A stretch of 64,000 bases of DNA from positions 230,208,001 through 230,272,000 of the forward strand of contig NC_086097.1 in the NCBI RefSeq assembly GCF_963921235.1, read 5' to 3'. The notes under the pieces were generated by a model that ran no database searches, was not told where the DNA came from, and saw only the letters and a program-made list of their open reading frames with translations. This DNA is from Mobula hypostoma (lineage: Eukaryota). The stretch's first letter is position 1. The number at the start of each line of letters is the position of its first letter. A program made the position numbers and the translations under genes. This document shows, piece after piece, positions 13,105 through 24,348 of the stretch.

Positions 13105-14430
13105 TTAATTACAGGCTATACTTTCCAGGTTTTGCTCAGTTTCAGCTGCCATTGCCGCAGCTTGCAACTGCTCTGTCTCACTGGCAATCACACTTGTGGG
13201 TACTTGCTTGCGTTCACTGTGCATATTGTTTTCATGTCTCTTTAAGTCAGAAGCTTTAGCAAAAGCTTTGGTACAGGAACCACAAACAAATGGCTTCTCA
13301 CCTCGATGCCTCCGCTCGTGGTCTTTCAGATGAGACTTGTGTTTAAAAGCTTTGTCACACATGTGACATGCAAAGGGTCTCTCATTACTGTGGACACGTT
13401 CATGTTTTTTTAGATCAGGGGCTCGAATGAAAGATTTTCCGCACACGTCACACCCATAGGGTTTGAAACCGGTGTGAATCTTGAGATGTTCTTTCAAGTG
13501 AGCCTGTGTGGTGAAAGCTTTTGAGCAGATGTCACACACAAATGGTCGATCAGCAGAATGTAATTTCTCATGTTTCCTCAAACGAGTTTCATCAGTGAAA
13601 GTCTTGCCACAGGACTGACAACTGAACTGATCCCTGTCGCCATACAACAAATATTCAAATTTCACATCAGTGTTTGCCGTCCAGCCTGGTGCTTGTTCTT
13701 CCTTGACCCCACTCATGCTATCATTGAAAGCGAGAGTTGGAGGAGGCTGAGGAGTCACATCCTTGGGTTCAGTTGATTCAATGGTTTCCACTTCAGAACC
13801 AAAGCAGTTGACTTTACGAACTTCTTCACTTCCAAGTTCCTTCAAAATAGCTTCCTGAACACGCAGTCCATTTGCTTGGGTCTTTCCATCATCGGGATTA
13901 GGTACAGCTTCTTCGACTGCCTCCTCTGACTGTCCTTCAAGCTGATCTCCGATCTCTTCTATCTCCTCATCGGTGCTATTCACTGAGGGCCGGTGGATCT
14001 TGGCACTTATGCTGTAGGGGTACCGACTCTTCCGGCGAGCTGCATTCTGCTGAGGAGATACATCACGCTTCTGAATACATAATTTATCTAAAAATTTGAT
14101 TCCAAGGATTTGTCCAGAAGACATCATCAAATTCACATCTTCTCTCTTCACAGAGATTTTGGAGGTGTACATGTAATTCAGTACTTCTTCAAATATGTCA
14201 GAACGCAAAAAATCAATCTCGATCACCGAGGAACTATCGACCTCGAGTTTCTTAAACAATTTCTTGAAGTAGGTGCTACACGCTGCCAAGACACATCTGT
14301 GGGCTCGGAATTTAACATCTTCCACCACGATGGCTATGTCACAGAATTCTCCTTCTAACCGTTGCTCATTCAGTGTTTTCAGGAAAGCGTTTTTGTGCTC
14401 GTCATCATTGTACTTCACTACTTCGCCCAT
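13105..14430 (-). CDS. ZBTB14: Zinc finger and BTB domain-containing protein 14 (ZFP161/ZF5), 441 aa, single coding exon
   Basis: Intact ORF. N-terminal BTB/POZ domain (KYNDDEHKNAFLKTLNEQRLEGEFCDIAIVVEDVKFRAHRCVLAACSTYF), acidic linker (LRVQEAILKELGSEEVRKVNC), five C2H2 fingers and a C-terminal ETEQLQAAAMAAE tail that match the ZBTB14 sequence I know. Strong acceptor (tttttttttctctatttccag) with AG at 14448-14447; exon starts at 14446. Confidence 0.97.
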   Translation of the reverse strand: MGEVVKYNDDEHKNAFLKTLNEQRLEGEFCDIAIVVEDVKFRAHRCVLAACSTYFKKLFKKLEVDSSSVIEIDFLRSDIFEEVLNYMYTSKISVKREDVNLMMSSGQILGIKFLDKLCIQKRDVSPQQNAARRKSRYPYSISAKIHRPSVNSTDEEIEEIGDQLEGQSEEAVEEAVPNPDDGKTQANGLRVQEAILKELGSEEVRKVNCFGSEVETIESTEPKDVTPQPPPTLAFNDSMSGVKEEQAPGWTANTDVKFEYLLYGDRDQFSCQSCGKTFTDETRLRKHEKLHSADRPFVCDICSKAFTTQAHLKEHLKIHTGFKPYGCDVCGKSFIRAPDLKKHERVHSNERPFACHMCDKAFKHKSHLKDHERRHRGEKPFVCGSCTKAFAKASDLKRHENNMHSERKQVPTSVIASETEQLQAAAMAAETEQNLESIACN

Positions 14431-14564
14431 TGTGCTATGTTAACAACTGGAAATAGAGAAAAAAAAATGAGAAAAGGAAAAAAATAAATGCAAGTTTCTG
14501 CAAAAGCCAATAAATAATATATTTAAATAATCCAATCCCTATACCCTATGACACTGTGTTAATT

Positions 14565-14828
14565 AATTATTTATTGAGATACAGTGTGGAATAGGGCCTT
14601 CTGGCCTTTCCCCTCCTTCCCTAATTTAATCCTAGCCTAATCACACGACAATTTACAATGACCAATTAGCCTACCAACCTGTAGGTCTTTGGACTGTGGG
14701 AGGAAACCGGAGCACCCGGAGGAAACCCACACAGTCACAGGGAGATCATATAAACTCCGTACAGCCAACGGCGAGAATTGAACCCGGGTCTTCCTGTCTT
14801 GTAAAGCGTTGTGCTACCATGCCGCCCA
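14565..14828 (-). mobile_element. HE1-like V-SINE (tRNA-derived)
   Basis: Minus strand has B-box GGTTCAATTC, V-domain GTGGGTTTCCTCCGGGTGCTCCGGTTTCCTCCCACAGTCCAAAGAC and a CR1-derived tail. Confidence 0.85.
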
Positions 14829-15029
14829 AGAATTATTGTTCTCATGGGAAAACAGGCATCTTAGGTTTTTTTTTATCTTAATGATCCCCATAAAAATCAG
14901 CCTGCTTTGTTCCACCTTTTGTGATCCTGTTCCTGTCTGCCAGCATTTGCTTCTACATGAAGCCAATATGTTTTTTTGTGGCTTCACTTTGAATGTACCT
15001 AAATAAATGGAACCACTGTCACTAGCAAA

Positions 15030-15790
15030 ACTAAAGTTGAAACATTAATGGGATGGTGACTATGGATATTGAACTAGCTGAAAGATAAAAGGCAAAGCAA
15101 AGGAAAGGTCAACAGTTATTTGACTGCAGGAAAGTATGTAACTGGTTGTCCCATTGGCCTGTTGGGACCAGTGATTTTATTGATATACATATCAAAATCC
15201 TGAAGCTATCCATACAAACTATAATTTGCAAGTTTGCAGATGACAGTGTTGAGAACTGCAAAGCAGACAGTGATAAATTGCAACAAGATCCAAGTGGGCT
15301 AGTGCAATGGGATGGATGGTAAATTAAGAATGGTATTCTGATAGGGCTGCAGGAGTAGAGTGAACTGAGGGTCTGGGTGCACAGACTATTGGAAGTGACA
15401 GGGCAGGCTAAGAGATGCAGTTAATAAAGCAAATGCCAGTCTGGACTTCAGAGATTTACCGGAATGGTTCCTGGGAATGAAGGACCGCAGTTGTAAGGAG
15501 AGGTTGGAGAGGCTAGGATTGTTGAAGAGACTGAATAGAATGGATGATGGAGGTTATTCCTCAAGGTGGAGTGATTGAGGGCTAAAGGCTTTAAAGGTAA
15601 AGCAAAATTGTAAAGCATGATTGGTATATGGAATGAATTGTCTGAATATGCAGGTTGCACTGAAGCCTTTAAGAGGAAACCGAATAAATATACATAGGAG
15701 AAAAGTTTGCAAGATTACAGAGGGCCAGTGTAGAACTGGAGCGCTGACAGGTCTCCTTCCGTGCAGTAACCATTCTATGAATCACATAAT
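15030..15790 (+). mobile_element. Very old CR1 remnant
   Basis: Decayed KFADD (aagtttgcagatgac) and RFTGMVPGM motifs, with a CR1-type tail near 15780. Confidence 0.55.
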
Positions 15791-15907
15791 GGTGTAAACA
15801 GGAAGGCAGAGAGTGACAATTTCCAGCATTACAAGCAAAGATATAGAAACTGGGCAGATGTGACTGACTACATTTATTGGAAAGAAGTGTAAAGGTGTGT
15901 TTTGGTA

Positions 15908-16497
15908 GTCAACAAATACGATTTGGCAATGTCAACAAATACGATTTGGCAATGTCAACAAATAGCTCAAAAACTTCTATAATTGCACCATGGAGAGCAT
16001 TCTGACAGGCTGCATCACTGTCTGGTATGAAGGGCTACTGCACAGGACCGAAAGAAGCTGCAGAAGGTTGTAAATCTATCAGCTTCATCTTGGGTACTAG
16101 GCCACAATGCATCCAGGACATCTTAAGGAAGCGGTGTCCCAGAAAGTCAGCATCCATTATTAGAGACCTCCAGCACCCAGGGCATACACTTTTCTCACTG
16201 TTACCCTCAAGTAGGAGATACAGAGGCCTGAAGGCACACACTCAGCAATTCAGAAACAGCTTCTTCCCCTCTGCCATCCAATTCCTAAATGGACTGTGAA
16301 GGTTTGGACATTCTCACTTTTTTAATATACAGTATTTCTGTTTTTGCACATTTAAAAAAATAATCTATTCAATAAACGTAACTGATTTATTTATTTTTCT
16401 CCTCTCTCTGCTAGATTATGTATTGCATTGAACTGCTGCTGCTAAGTTAACAAATTTCATGTCACACGCTGGTGATAATAAACCTGCTTCTGATTCT
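15908..16497 (+). mobile_element. Rex1/Babar 3' fragment with a 23-bp tandem duplication at its 5' junction
   Basis: Closely similar to 2470-3043 (CTxESILTGCITVWY, FRNSFFPSAI, same tail). GTCAACAAATACGATTTGGCAAT is repeated about 2.5 times at 15908-15964. Confidence 0.85.
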
Positions 16498-18009
16498 AAA
16501 TATTAAAGAATCAGTAAAAATTAGATGGTGCAGAGACATGTGGAAATGTATAGAGTCATGGAAGACAAAAGCAAAGAAACATTTATATACTCTGGTTAGA
16601 TTACACCACGGTTACTATCTCTGGGCACCACACTGTAGATAAGATGGTGTGGCTTTTCAAAAGATCTAGAGAAAATTACTAAAATGAATCAGAGAAAATC
16701 TCTTTTGCCTTCCATCCCATCCTAGATCACCCTTTTAGTTTATTCCTCTCCTCCCCAGTTTTGTTGCATCTTAAAGCCTGCTTATTCCAAACTCTACCCA
16801 GTTCTGATGAAAGTCAAACAAATTACACTAGTTTGCTCCACAATTTCCAGCAACTTCAGCATTTCATTTTTCTAGCACTATTGCCACCATCACTTAGATG
16901 CAGGTTGAGTACATGGAAATCGTAACACCTACGTTGCTATGAGCATTAGTCCTAAATTTTCTAAATCTGATTGAACAAAGTAGAACCCACATTTTTGAAG
17001 GATTACTGTATATATTTTTTTGAATTATGTTTTTTTTTGGATGTTATTGTAAACTAAGCTAAAACTGGAGATTCATTCATGGAAAACTGTCTCTAAGAGC
17101 AAATGGTTTCCACACTGCTCTCTGTTGTCAATCATGAACGAACTACACTTTAAAATCTGCTGCACTCCTACTGTGTGAAAGTTATTGAGCTAGAAATATT
17201 TTTGCCTTGCAGTAATTTTCCCCCTCAGGCAGCACTCCAATATAATCACTTAGTTCTACATTTTTAAACAATAATAAGAGGTTATCTATTTGAGAGGAGA
17301 GCAAGAGAAAAGTGAGAGAAAGTGGGGGAGGGGCAAACAAAAAAGAGACGAGAGAGACTCACTTCCTTAAGTATCTGTGCAAGCAGAAGCATGAATATCC
17401 TTTTGGGAGAAGTAGGCAGATTCTTGATAAACAGAGTAGGATTGAGAATCCAAGTGACCCTCTCCTGCTTCTAATTCACATGCATTTTATGGTGGTTGCC
17501 AGTTAATTGCAGCATAAACTTACTTGAGAGACTGCTGGCATTATAATCTAACACTGTTGTGTCATTACGTCAAATTCCAATAGTAAACTTGAAGTCGGAA
17601 AATGTACTACACCTTGGGAATGATGTAAAGACCCTGGAGAATATGCAGAGTTATATGAAAATTATTCCAGAGATTAGAGACTTGTTATGTATAAACACTG
17701 GAGAAACTAGGTTGTTCTTGAAACAAGAGGTGGTTGCAAGGAGATCTGATAACATTGTGAAAGGAATGAAGAATGTGGATGGAAAGAAACTGTTTCCATT
17801 GGTAAAGGTACAAAGAACAATAGGACTACTGAGAGATTCAAAGGTGTTGGGTGTCCAGGGGGATCTGTGTATGTACCCAAATCAAGAGTTAGTGAGTAGT
17901 TACAGTGAGCCTTTAGTTTTACTTTATAGTTGCATTTACCTATTTACATATTGCAGTTAGTTGAAATGCAAAAAGATCTGAATTCATGAGTAGATTACAG
18001 GACCATGAA

Positions 18010-18455
18010 AAGTCAAAGTTTAAAGTAAGTTTTATTGTCAAAGTACATATGTCACCATATGCAACCCTGACATTCATTTTCTTGGGGGCATACTCGATGA
18101 ATCCATAATAGAATAATAACCATAACAGAATCAGTGAAAGACTGCCCAACTAGGCCGTACAACCAGAGTGCAGAAAACAACAAACTACAAATTACAAAAA
18201 GAATAAATAATACTAATAAGTAGACAATAAATAACATGAGATGAAGAGTCCTTGAAAGTTGAGTCCATTGGTTGTGGGCAGATTTCAATGATGGGGCAAA
18301 TGAAGTTATCCCCTTTGGTTCAAGAGCCTGATGGCCCAGGGGTGGCAAGTGTTCCTGAACCTGGTGAGAGAATCCTGTGCCTCTTGTACCTTCTTCTTGA
18401 TGGGTGTAGTGAGAAGAGAGCATGGCCTGGGTGGTGGGGATCTCTGATGATGGAT
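18010..18455 (-). mobile_element. Rex1-like 3' fragment ((ACTTTGA)n-tail subfamily)
   Basis: HPGHALFSL motif, with the same 3' UTR as 3044-3241 and 31770-32290. Confidence 0.75.
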
Positions 18456-18457
18456 TG

Positions 18458-19320
18458 GTAGAAATCTACAACACATTACAGGCCCCTTGGCCCAAAATGT
18501 TGTGCCAACTGTGTAACCTACTCTAGAAACTGCCTAGAATTACCCCACCACATAGCCCTTTATTTTTCTAAGCCCCATGTACCAATCTAAGAGTCTCTTA
18601 AAAGACACGATTGTATCTGCCTCCACCACTGTCACTGGCAGTACATTCCAGACATGCTTCAATCTCTGTATAAAAAAAACTTACCTCTGACATCCCCTTG
18701 GTACCTACTTCAAACTTTGCCCCCTCATGTTAGCCATTTCAGCCCTGGGAAAAAGCCTCTGGCTATCCACATGATCAATGCCTCTCATCATCTTTTACAC
18801 CTCTATCAGGTCACCTCTTATCTTTCGTCATTCCAAGGAGAAAAGGCTAAATTCACTCAACCTATTCTCATTAGGCATGCTCTCCAATCCAGGCAACAGT
18901 CTTGTAAATCTCCTCTGCACTCTCTCTACAGCATCCACATTCTTCCTGGAGTGAGATGACTAGAATTGAACACAGTACTCCATGTGGGGTCTAAGGTCTT
19001 GCATAGCTGTAACATTACCTCATGGCTCTTGAACTCAATCCCATGGTTGAAGGCCAAACCCCATACGCCTTCTTAACAACACTGTTAATCTGTACAGCAG
19101 CTTCAGGTGTCCTATGGATGTGGACCCCAAGATCTCTCAGATTCTCCACACTACCAAGCGTCTTGCCATTAATATTATATTCTGCCTTCATATTTGACCT
19201 ACTGAAATGAACCACTTCACACTTATCTGGGTTAAATTCCATCTGCCACTTCTCAGCCCAGTTCTGCATCCTATCTATACCCTCCAGACTATACGCAACA
19301 CTCCCAACTTCTGTTGTGGA
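18458..19320 (-). mobile_element. CR1 3' fragment
   Basis: IDRMQNWAEKWQMEFNPDKCEVVHF motif and a CR1 3' UTR. Confidence 0.85.
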
Positions 19321-19619
19321 TTTCCTGTGACAGAGCTCTATGTAAATGTGCTCAATGGTTGGGACTGTTTTACCTCTGATGGATTGGGCTGTAGTGATTG
19401 GGAATGTGTTAAGAGCTGGGTGGTCAGAATAATCTCCAGCCATGTCATAAGGAAAAATATGAAAATGGTACCAAGGATAAACGTCAGTCATGATCTTATT
19501 ACAGGATGAACAGGGGTAAGGTCAGCGTAGGCTACTCCATTTCGGTTTCTTACATCCCCAAGAGAGTTCCAATTGCTAAAACTCAGTTTTGCGAGACCAA
19601 ACAGCAGAATGGTAGAAAT

Positions 19620-20860
19620 CGCACGTCAATTTATCGGTACAATCGGGCGACATCGCTTCGTGGTCATACGGTAGCAGATGCCGGCGCGTCAGGCATCGCC
19701 CCCTCGAGGTCCGAGTCATCCCTGCCCGTCTCCTCCCCCGGTGCAGTGAAGGTTCGGAGCCACACGGCGGAGCCTCTCTCGGCCCGGCGGCGAAGCTCCA
19801 TCGCAGTGCACTCTCCAGGCCGGGCGGCGGCAACGCACTGGCGCTCAGGGCCGCGTCTGCGACCAGCTGCCGGTCGCGGCGCTTCCCGCGTCCCTGTCGG
19901 GATCGCGCGCTCCCCCGCCGCTCGGATGTCGGGTTCTACCCCTCGCAATTAACCACGCCACGCAATTATCGGATTTATAAAGAAAAAGATAAAATTCTTT
20001 CTGGCGTTACATCACGCCTGCAATTGATATTTAAATACAAAATTAATGTACACTTCTGTCGCTATGTAATCGGTAGAGTTTAGCTCTCTTGCCGGGCTAC
20101 TGAACGGGAATTTTAATTATAATCGGAAACTCCATTTTGAAAAGCACCCATTTCGATTTTGATTTGCTGATCCGAAATGCACGCCGACGGGGTAGAAAGG
20201 TGTGCAGGGGGGAGAGTGGGCACACATCCGGCCGCTAGATTTCTCCACGCGAGCTTCCCCGTGAGACGGGACCCACGCCGGATCAAAGCTACCGTGCCGC
20301 TCTCCTCGCCCACGGAGCTCGGATCGCGCCTCGTTCCCAGCCCGGACGGTCACGAGAGCAGCTCCCTCCCACCGAGCCCACCATCTTGCTGCAGATCGCG
20401 CTCGGCTCGCGCCCTCGCCCTCGCCCTCACCCTCACCCTCACCCCGGCGCGCGGCTTTTCCACAGGCCGACTTGCCCAGGTGCGAACGGGGGGGGGGGGC
20501 AGACGGGAACGAACCCGAACCCGATGCTTGCCGCGGCCGAGCCGGGCCGGGCTCGGGCAAGCGCGCGCGCTGCCGCCTGCTGCCGAGTCAGCGAGCTCTC
20601 GCGCTGCCTTACCTGAGCCGGGTCCGCGCCGCGCCCCGAGACTGCAGACAGGCCCGGGGAGGAGGGGGCGAGTGCCTCGGCGACCAACTTGTGGCCAAAT
20701 GTGGACGCTCCGCCCGAGCACCAGCGAGGACGACGCAGTGACGCGCTGCGCAAGCACGGGGCGGGAGCAGGCGCGAGCACCGCCGCAGCAGGTCCGTGTG
20801 GGCGGGCGCACCCGGGCACTGCGCGCGGGCTTCGGGCAAGCGGGGCGAATAAACAAATCG
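19620..20860. promoter_or_regulatory. ZBTB14: CpG island / ZBTB14 promoter and start of first intron
   Basis: Abrupt GC- and CpG-rich block in an otherwise CpG-depleted, AT-rich window, 5' of the ZBTB14 CDS on the minus strand. Confidence 0.88.
20613..20800 (-). other. ZBTB14: Probable non-coding exon 1 of ZBTB14 (5' end approximate)
   Basis: Consensus donor CAG|GTAAGG on the minus strand (intron begins at 20612) inside the CpG island. TSS cannot be determined from sequence. Confidence 0.6.
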
Positions 20861-20969
20861 CAAGAAACAAACCACACGTTCTTTGTTTCTCGATAGTCAG
20901 TGCTTCTCGAAAGCAATAAAGCTTGTCAGTAAACACTAAAGTTAAATATTTTAAAATGAGTTTCAGGAT

Positions 20970-21370
20970 GAGGATCATTAGCGAGGCCAGCATTTATTAC
21001 CCATTCTTGAATGCCTTTGAGCAAGGAAACGTCTTCTTGAATTGCTGCAGTCCTTCTGGAGAGGGTACAAGTTCAGTGCAGTTGAGTGACTGCATTTAAA
21101 CCAGCATTGATGAAAAGCTGGTGATTTGTTTGCCAGTGAAGGATCTTGGAGGGGAATCTGCAGGTGGTGGTGTTCCTTGCCACCTACTGCATCCGTTGAG
21201 TAGATGGTAGAGATCTCTTTACCATCCTGTGCTGGATGCTCTCAGAGCTGATGAGTAACAAAGCAGTGCATTGTGAATCCGAAACCCACTGTAGCCATCA
21301 GGGTGGCAATGAAGTGGACTGCATTATCCTGGATGATGTGGAAGTTCACATGAGCTGTTGGTGTAGCATT
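20970..21370 (-). mobile_element. Ancient CR1/L2-type LINE 3' end (related remnants at about 9395-9680 and 22880-23280)
   Basis: Decayed match to the elasmobranch LINE 3' end I recall (GGACTGCAGC...TTCAAGAAG...AATAAATGCTGGCCT) on the minus strand. Confidence 0.5.
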
Positions 21371-21399
21371 AATCCAGGTAAATGGAATTCTTTTACATA

Positions 21400-22270
21400 T
21401 GTTTATGAGGATAGGTAGAGTGAGCTAGGACTTTTTGAAGCAAAGGGTGATGAGCGGTGACTTGATAGAGATGTGCAAGATGATAAGAGGCATAGATAGA
21501 ACATAGAATAGTACAGCACATTACAGGTCCTTCGGCCCACAATGTTGTGCCGACCCTCAAACCCTGCCTCCCATATAACCCCCCACCTTAAATTCCTCCA
21601 TATACCTGTCTAGTAGTCTCTTAAACTTCACGAGTCTATCTGCCTCCACCACTGACTCAGGTAGTGCATTCCACGCACCAACCACTCTCTGAGTAAAAAA
21701 CCTTCCTCTAATATCCCCCTTGGACTTCCCACCCCTTACCTTAAAGGCATGTCCTCTTGTACTGAGCAGTGGTGCCCTGGGGAAGAGGCGCTGGCTATCT
21801 ATCTATTCCTCTTATTATCTTGTACACCTCTATCATGTCTCCTCTCATTCTCCTTCTCTCCAAAGAGTAAAGCCCTAGCTCCCTTAATCTCTGATCATAA
21901 TGCATACTCTCTAAACCAGGCAGCAGCCTGGTAAATCTCCTCTGTACCCTTTCCAGTTGATAGAGTTGATAGCCAGATCTTTTTTCCTCCCAGGGCAGTA
22001 AAGGCTAATACAAGGAGGCAGAACTTTAAGGTGTTTGGAGGAAAATATCTCGGAGGTAGATTTTGTTTCACAAAGATTGGTGGTGGTGCGTGGAATGTGT
22101 TGCCAGGGGTGGTGGCAGAGGCAGATACAACAGGGATATTTAAGAGTCTCTTAGATAGGCACATGGAGGATAGAAAAATGGAGGGCTATGTTGGAGGAAA
22201 GGATTGATTGATCTTAAAGGATCGGCACAATGTCGTAGGCTAAAGGGCCTGTACTGTTATATGTTCTGTG
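21400..22270 (+). mobile_element. Older CR1 3' fragment containing a young minus-strand CR1 3' end (21501-21958)
   Basis: The nested piece is nearly identical to 3270-3730. GATAGA is duplicated at 21495-21500 and 21959-21964. Confidence 0.85.
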
Positions 22271-22519
22271 TTCCTGGTTTCAGATTTCAATATCTTTGTT
22301 AGTGATTTTTGGTGTTAGGACATTTATATTTAGCAATTGACTTTGGCTACCAGCCTTCACATCTGAAAATGTATTGTGCATTTAATTTCTAAGGTAAGGA
22401 CATGGTTGGCACAACTTTGTGGGCTGAAGGGCCTGTATTGTGCTGTGGGTTTTCTATGTTTCCAAAGCTGTGAATCCTGGACAGACAATGCTGATTAAAA
22501 TTCATTTAGATGTCTGTGG

Positions 22520-22765
22520 TGTGGATGTGAATCAGGAGGTGTGAAGGTTGTATGTAGTTTCAAAGAAAGCATTGTCCATACATTGTAAATATGGAGTTGT
22601 CATATGATGTTTGGCGCATAAAATACCGAGCCCTACGTTGGGTCACCAGACCTTTCCACCGAAAGTGTTTCCATATTATTCCTGCTGTACCTTGTTTTGT
22701 CGAATAAAGAAGCTGCTTTGTATCTACCAGTAATTTTCTCCAGTGACTTCATTCACGCAACAACA
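22520..22765 (+). mobile_element. Possible solo LTR
   Basis: TG...CA ends with weak terminal inverted similarity (TGTGGATGTGAAT / ATTCACGCAACA), an internal CATAAAA TATA-like motif and AATAAA. No TSD resolved. Confidence 0.3.
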
Positions 22766-24348
22766 TCTTTACAACAAAGTTTGAAGGAATTTGGCCCATC
22801 ATGTCTACACTAGCTCTCAGAGCAATCTCGTTACCTAGCCATTGACCAGCACATGTAACCATTGGTATTTATGTGACTTGTTCAAGTGAGCTTTGCATCA
22901 ATGATGAATTCCAGGATGTTAAGGGTGAAGAACCTGGGTATGGTAATACCAATAAGTATCATGTGGCTGGACTCTCTCATGTTGGAAATGGCTATTGCAT
23001 ATGATTTATGTGGTATGAATGCTACATGTCATTTACCAACTTATCCCTGAATGTTGTCTAGCTGTTGCTGCATGCAGGCATCAACTGATTCATTTGCTGA
23101 GCAGTTGTGAATACAGTTTAATATTATGGAATTATCAGTGAACATCCTCAGTTCTGCCTACACGATGCAAGGTTGTTGAAATGAAGCAGTTGAAGGTGAT
23201 TGGGCTTAGGACACTGTCCTGAGAAACTCCTAAAGTGACTTGTTGGTATAGACTGTTTTATTTCCAACAGCCACTGCAATTATGTTGAATTTATGCTTTT
23301 CTTGTGAATGCTGTTTATCAGATACGATGTGCTGCTGTGAGCCGGTTTTTCATTGTACCTGGACATAAATGAACTTGTGCATATAACAATAAATTTGATT
23401 TTAACTTTGAATTTTCCTTTGTGTGGTATGACTAGTGCAAATCAGGTAGATAATTTTGATTATTGTCTCCCTGATATGCACTAGTTATGCTCTCCCATCC
23501 TTGTACCTATTCAAACTTCTCTTAAATGTTACACTTGAAGACCTTTAAGGCATAGGAGCAGAATTGGACCATGTGGCCCATCAGGTCTGCACCAACATTC
23601 AATCATGAATTCTCCACCTCAAACCCATTCTGCTGACTCCCTGTAACCTTTGATATCCTTACTAATCAAGATTCTATCAACATCCGCTTTAAATATAACC
23701 AATGACTTGGCCTCCACAGCCGTCTGTGGCAATGAATTCTAGAGTTTCACCACGTGCCTCCACCACTTCCCTGGCAGCTCATTCCACACTTGCAACGTTG
23801 ACTGAGTAAAAAAAGTTCCCTTTTAGATTTCCCTTAAATATTTCATATTTCAGTTCTAATCTCACCCATCCTGAGGGGAAAGGGCCTGAATGCATACACC
23901 CTATCTATATCCTTCATAATTTTGCATACCTCTATCAGATTTCCTGTAATTCTCTTGCACCCCAGGGAATAAAATCCTATCCCTATTACTCAGGTCTTCA
24001 AGTCCGGGCAACATCCTTGTAAATCTTCTCTGCAGCCTTTCATTCTTATTTCTATCTTTCCTGTATGTAGGTGACCAGAATTGCACACAGTACTCCAATT
24101 TAGGTCTCACCAACATCTTAATTCAACATAATATCCCAGCTGCTGCGCTCTATGTCCTGATCTATGAAGGCCAATGTGCTCAAAGTTCTCATTACGACTC
24201 TATCTACCTATGATGCCACTGTATCTGTGTACCCAGTTTCCTTTGTTCTACCACACACTTTAGAGCCCTACTATTCTCTGTGTAAGTCTAACCCCAGTTT
24301 GTTCTTCCAAAGTGCAACACCTCACACTTGCCCGCATTAAATTTCATC

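Noticed and set aside
12955..14358. Plus-strand ORFs overlapping ZBTB14
   Set aside because: Short antisense shadows of the real CDS with no motifs.
15908..15964. Direct repeats as a possible CRISPR array
   Set aside because: Head-to-tail tandem with no spacers, derived from Rex1 sequence, vertebrate context and no cas genes.
16795..16870. CTGATGAAAG as another hammerhead
   Set aside because: Only the first box survives; no stem II or GAAAC can be built. At best a very decayed Penelope tail.
20409..20443. (GCCCTC/ACCCTC)n hexamer run
   Set aside because: Short simple repeat in the CpG island with no evidence of function.
19506..20993. Many overlapping 76-239 aa ORFs on both strands
   Set aside because: Low-complexity Arg/Ala/Pro/Gly translations caused by stop-codon depletion in the CpG island; no recognisable domains.
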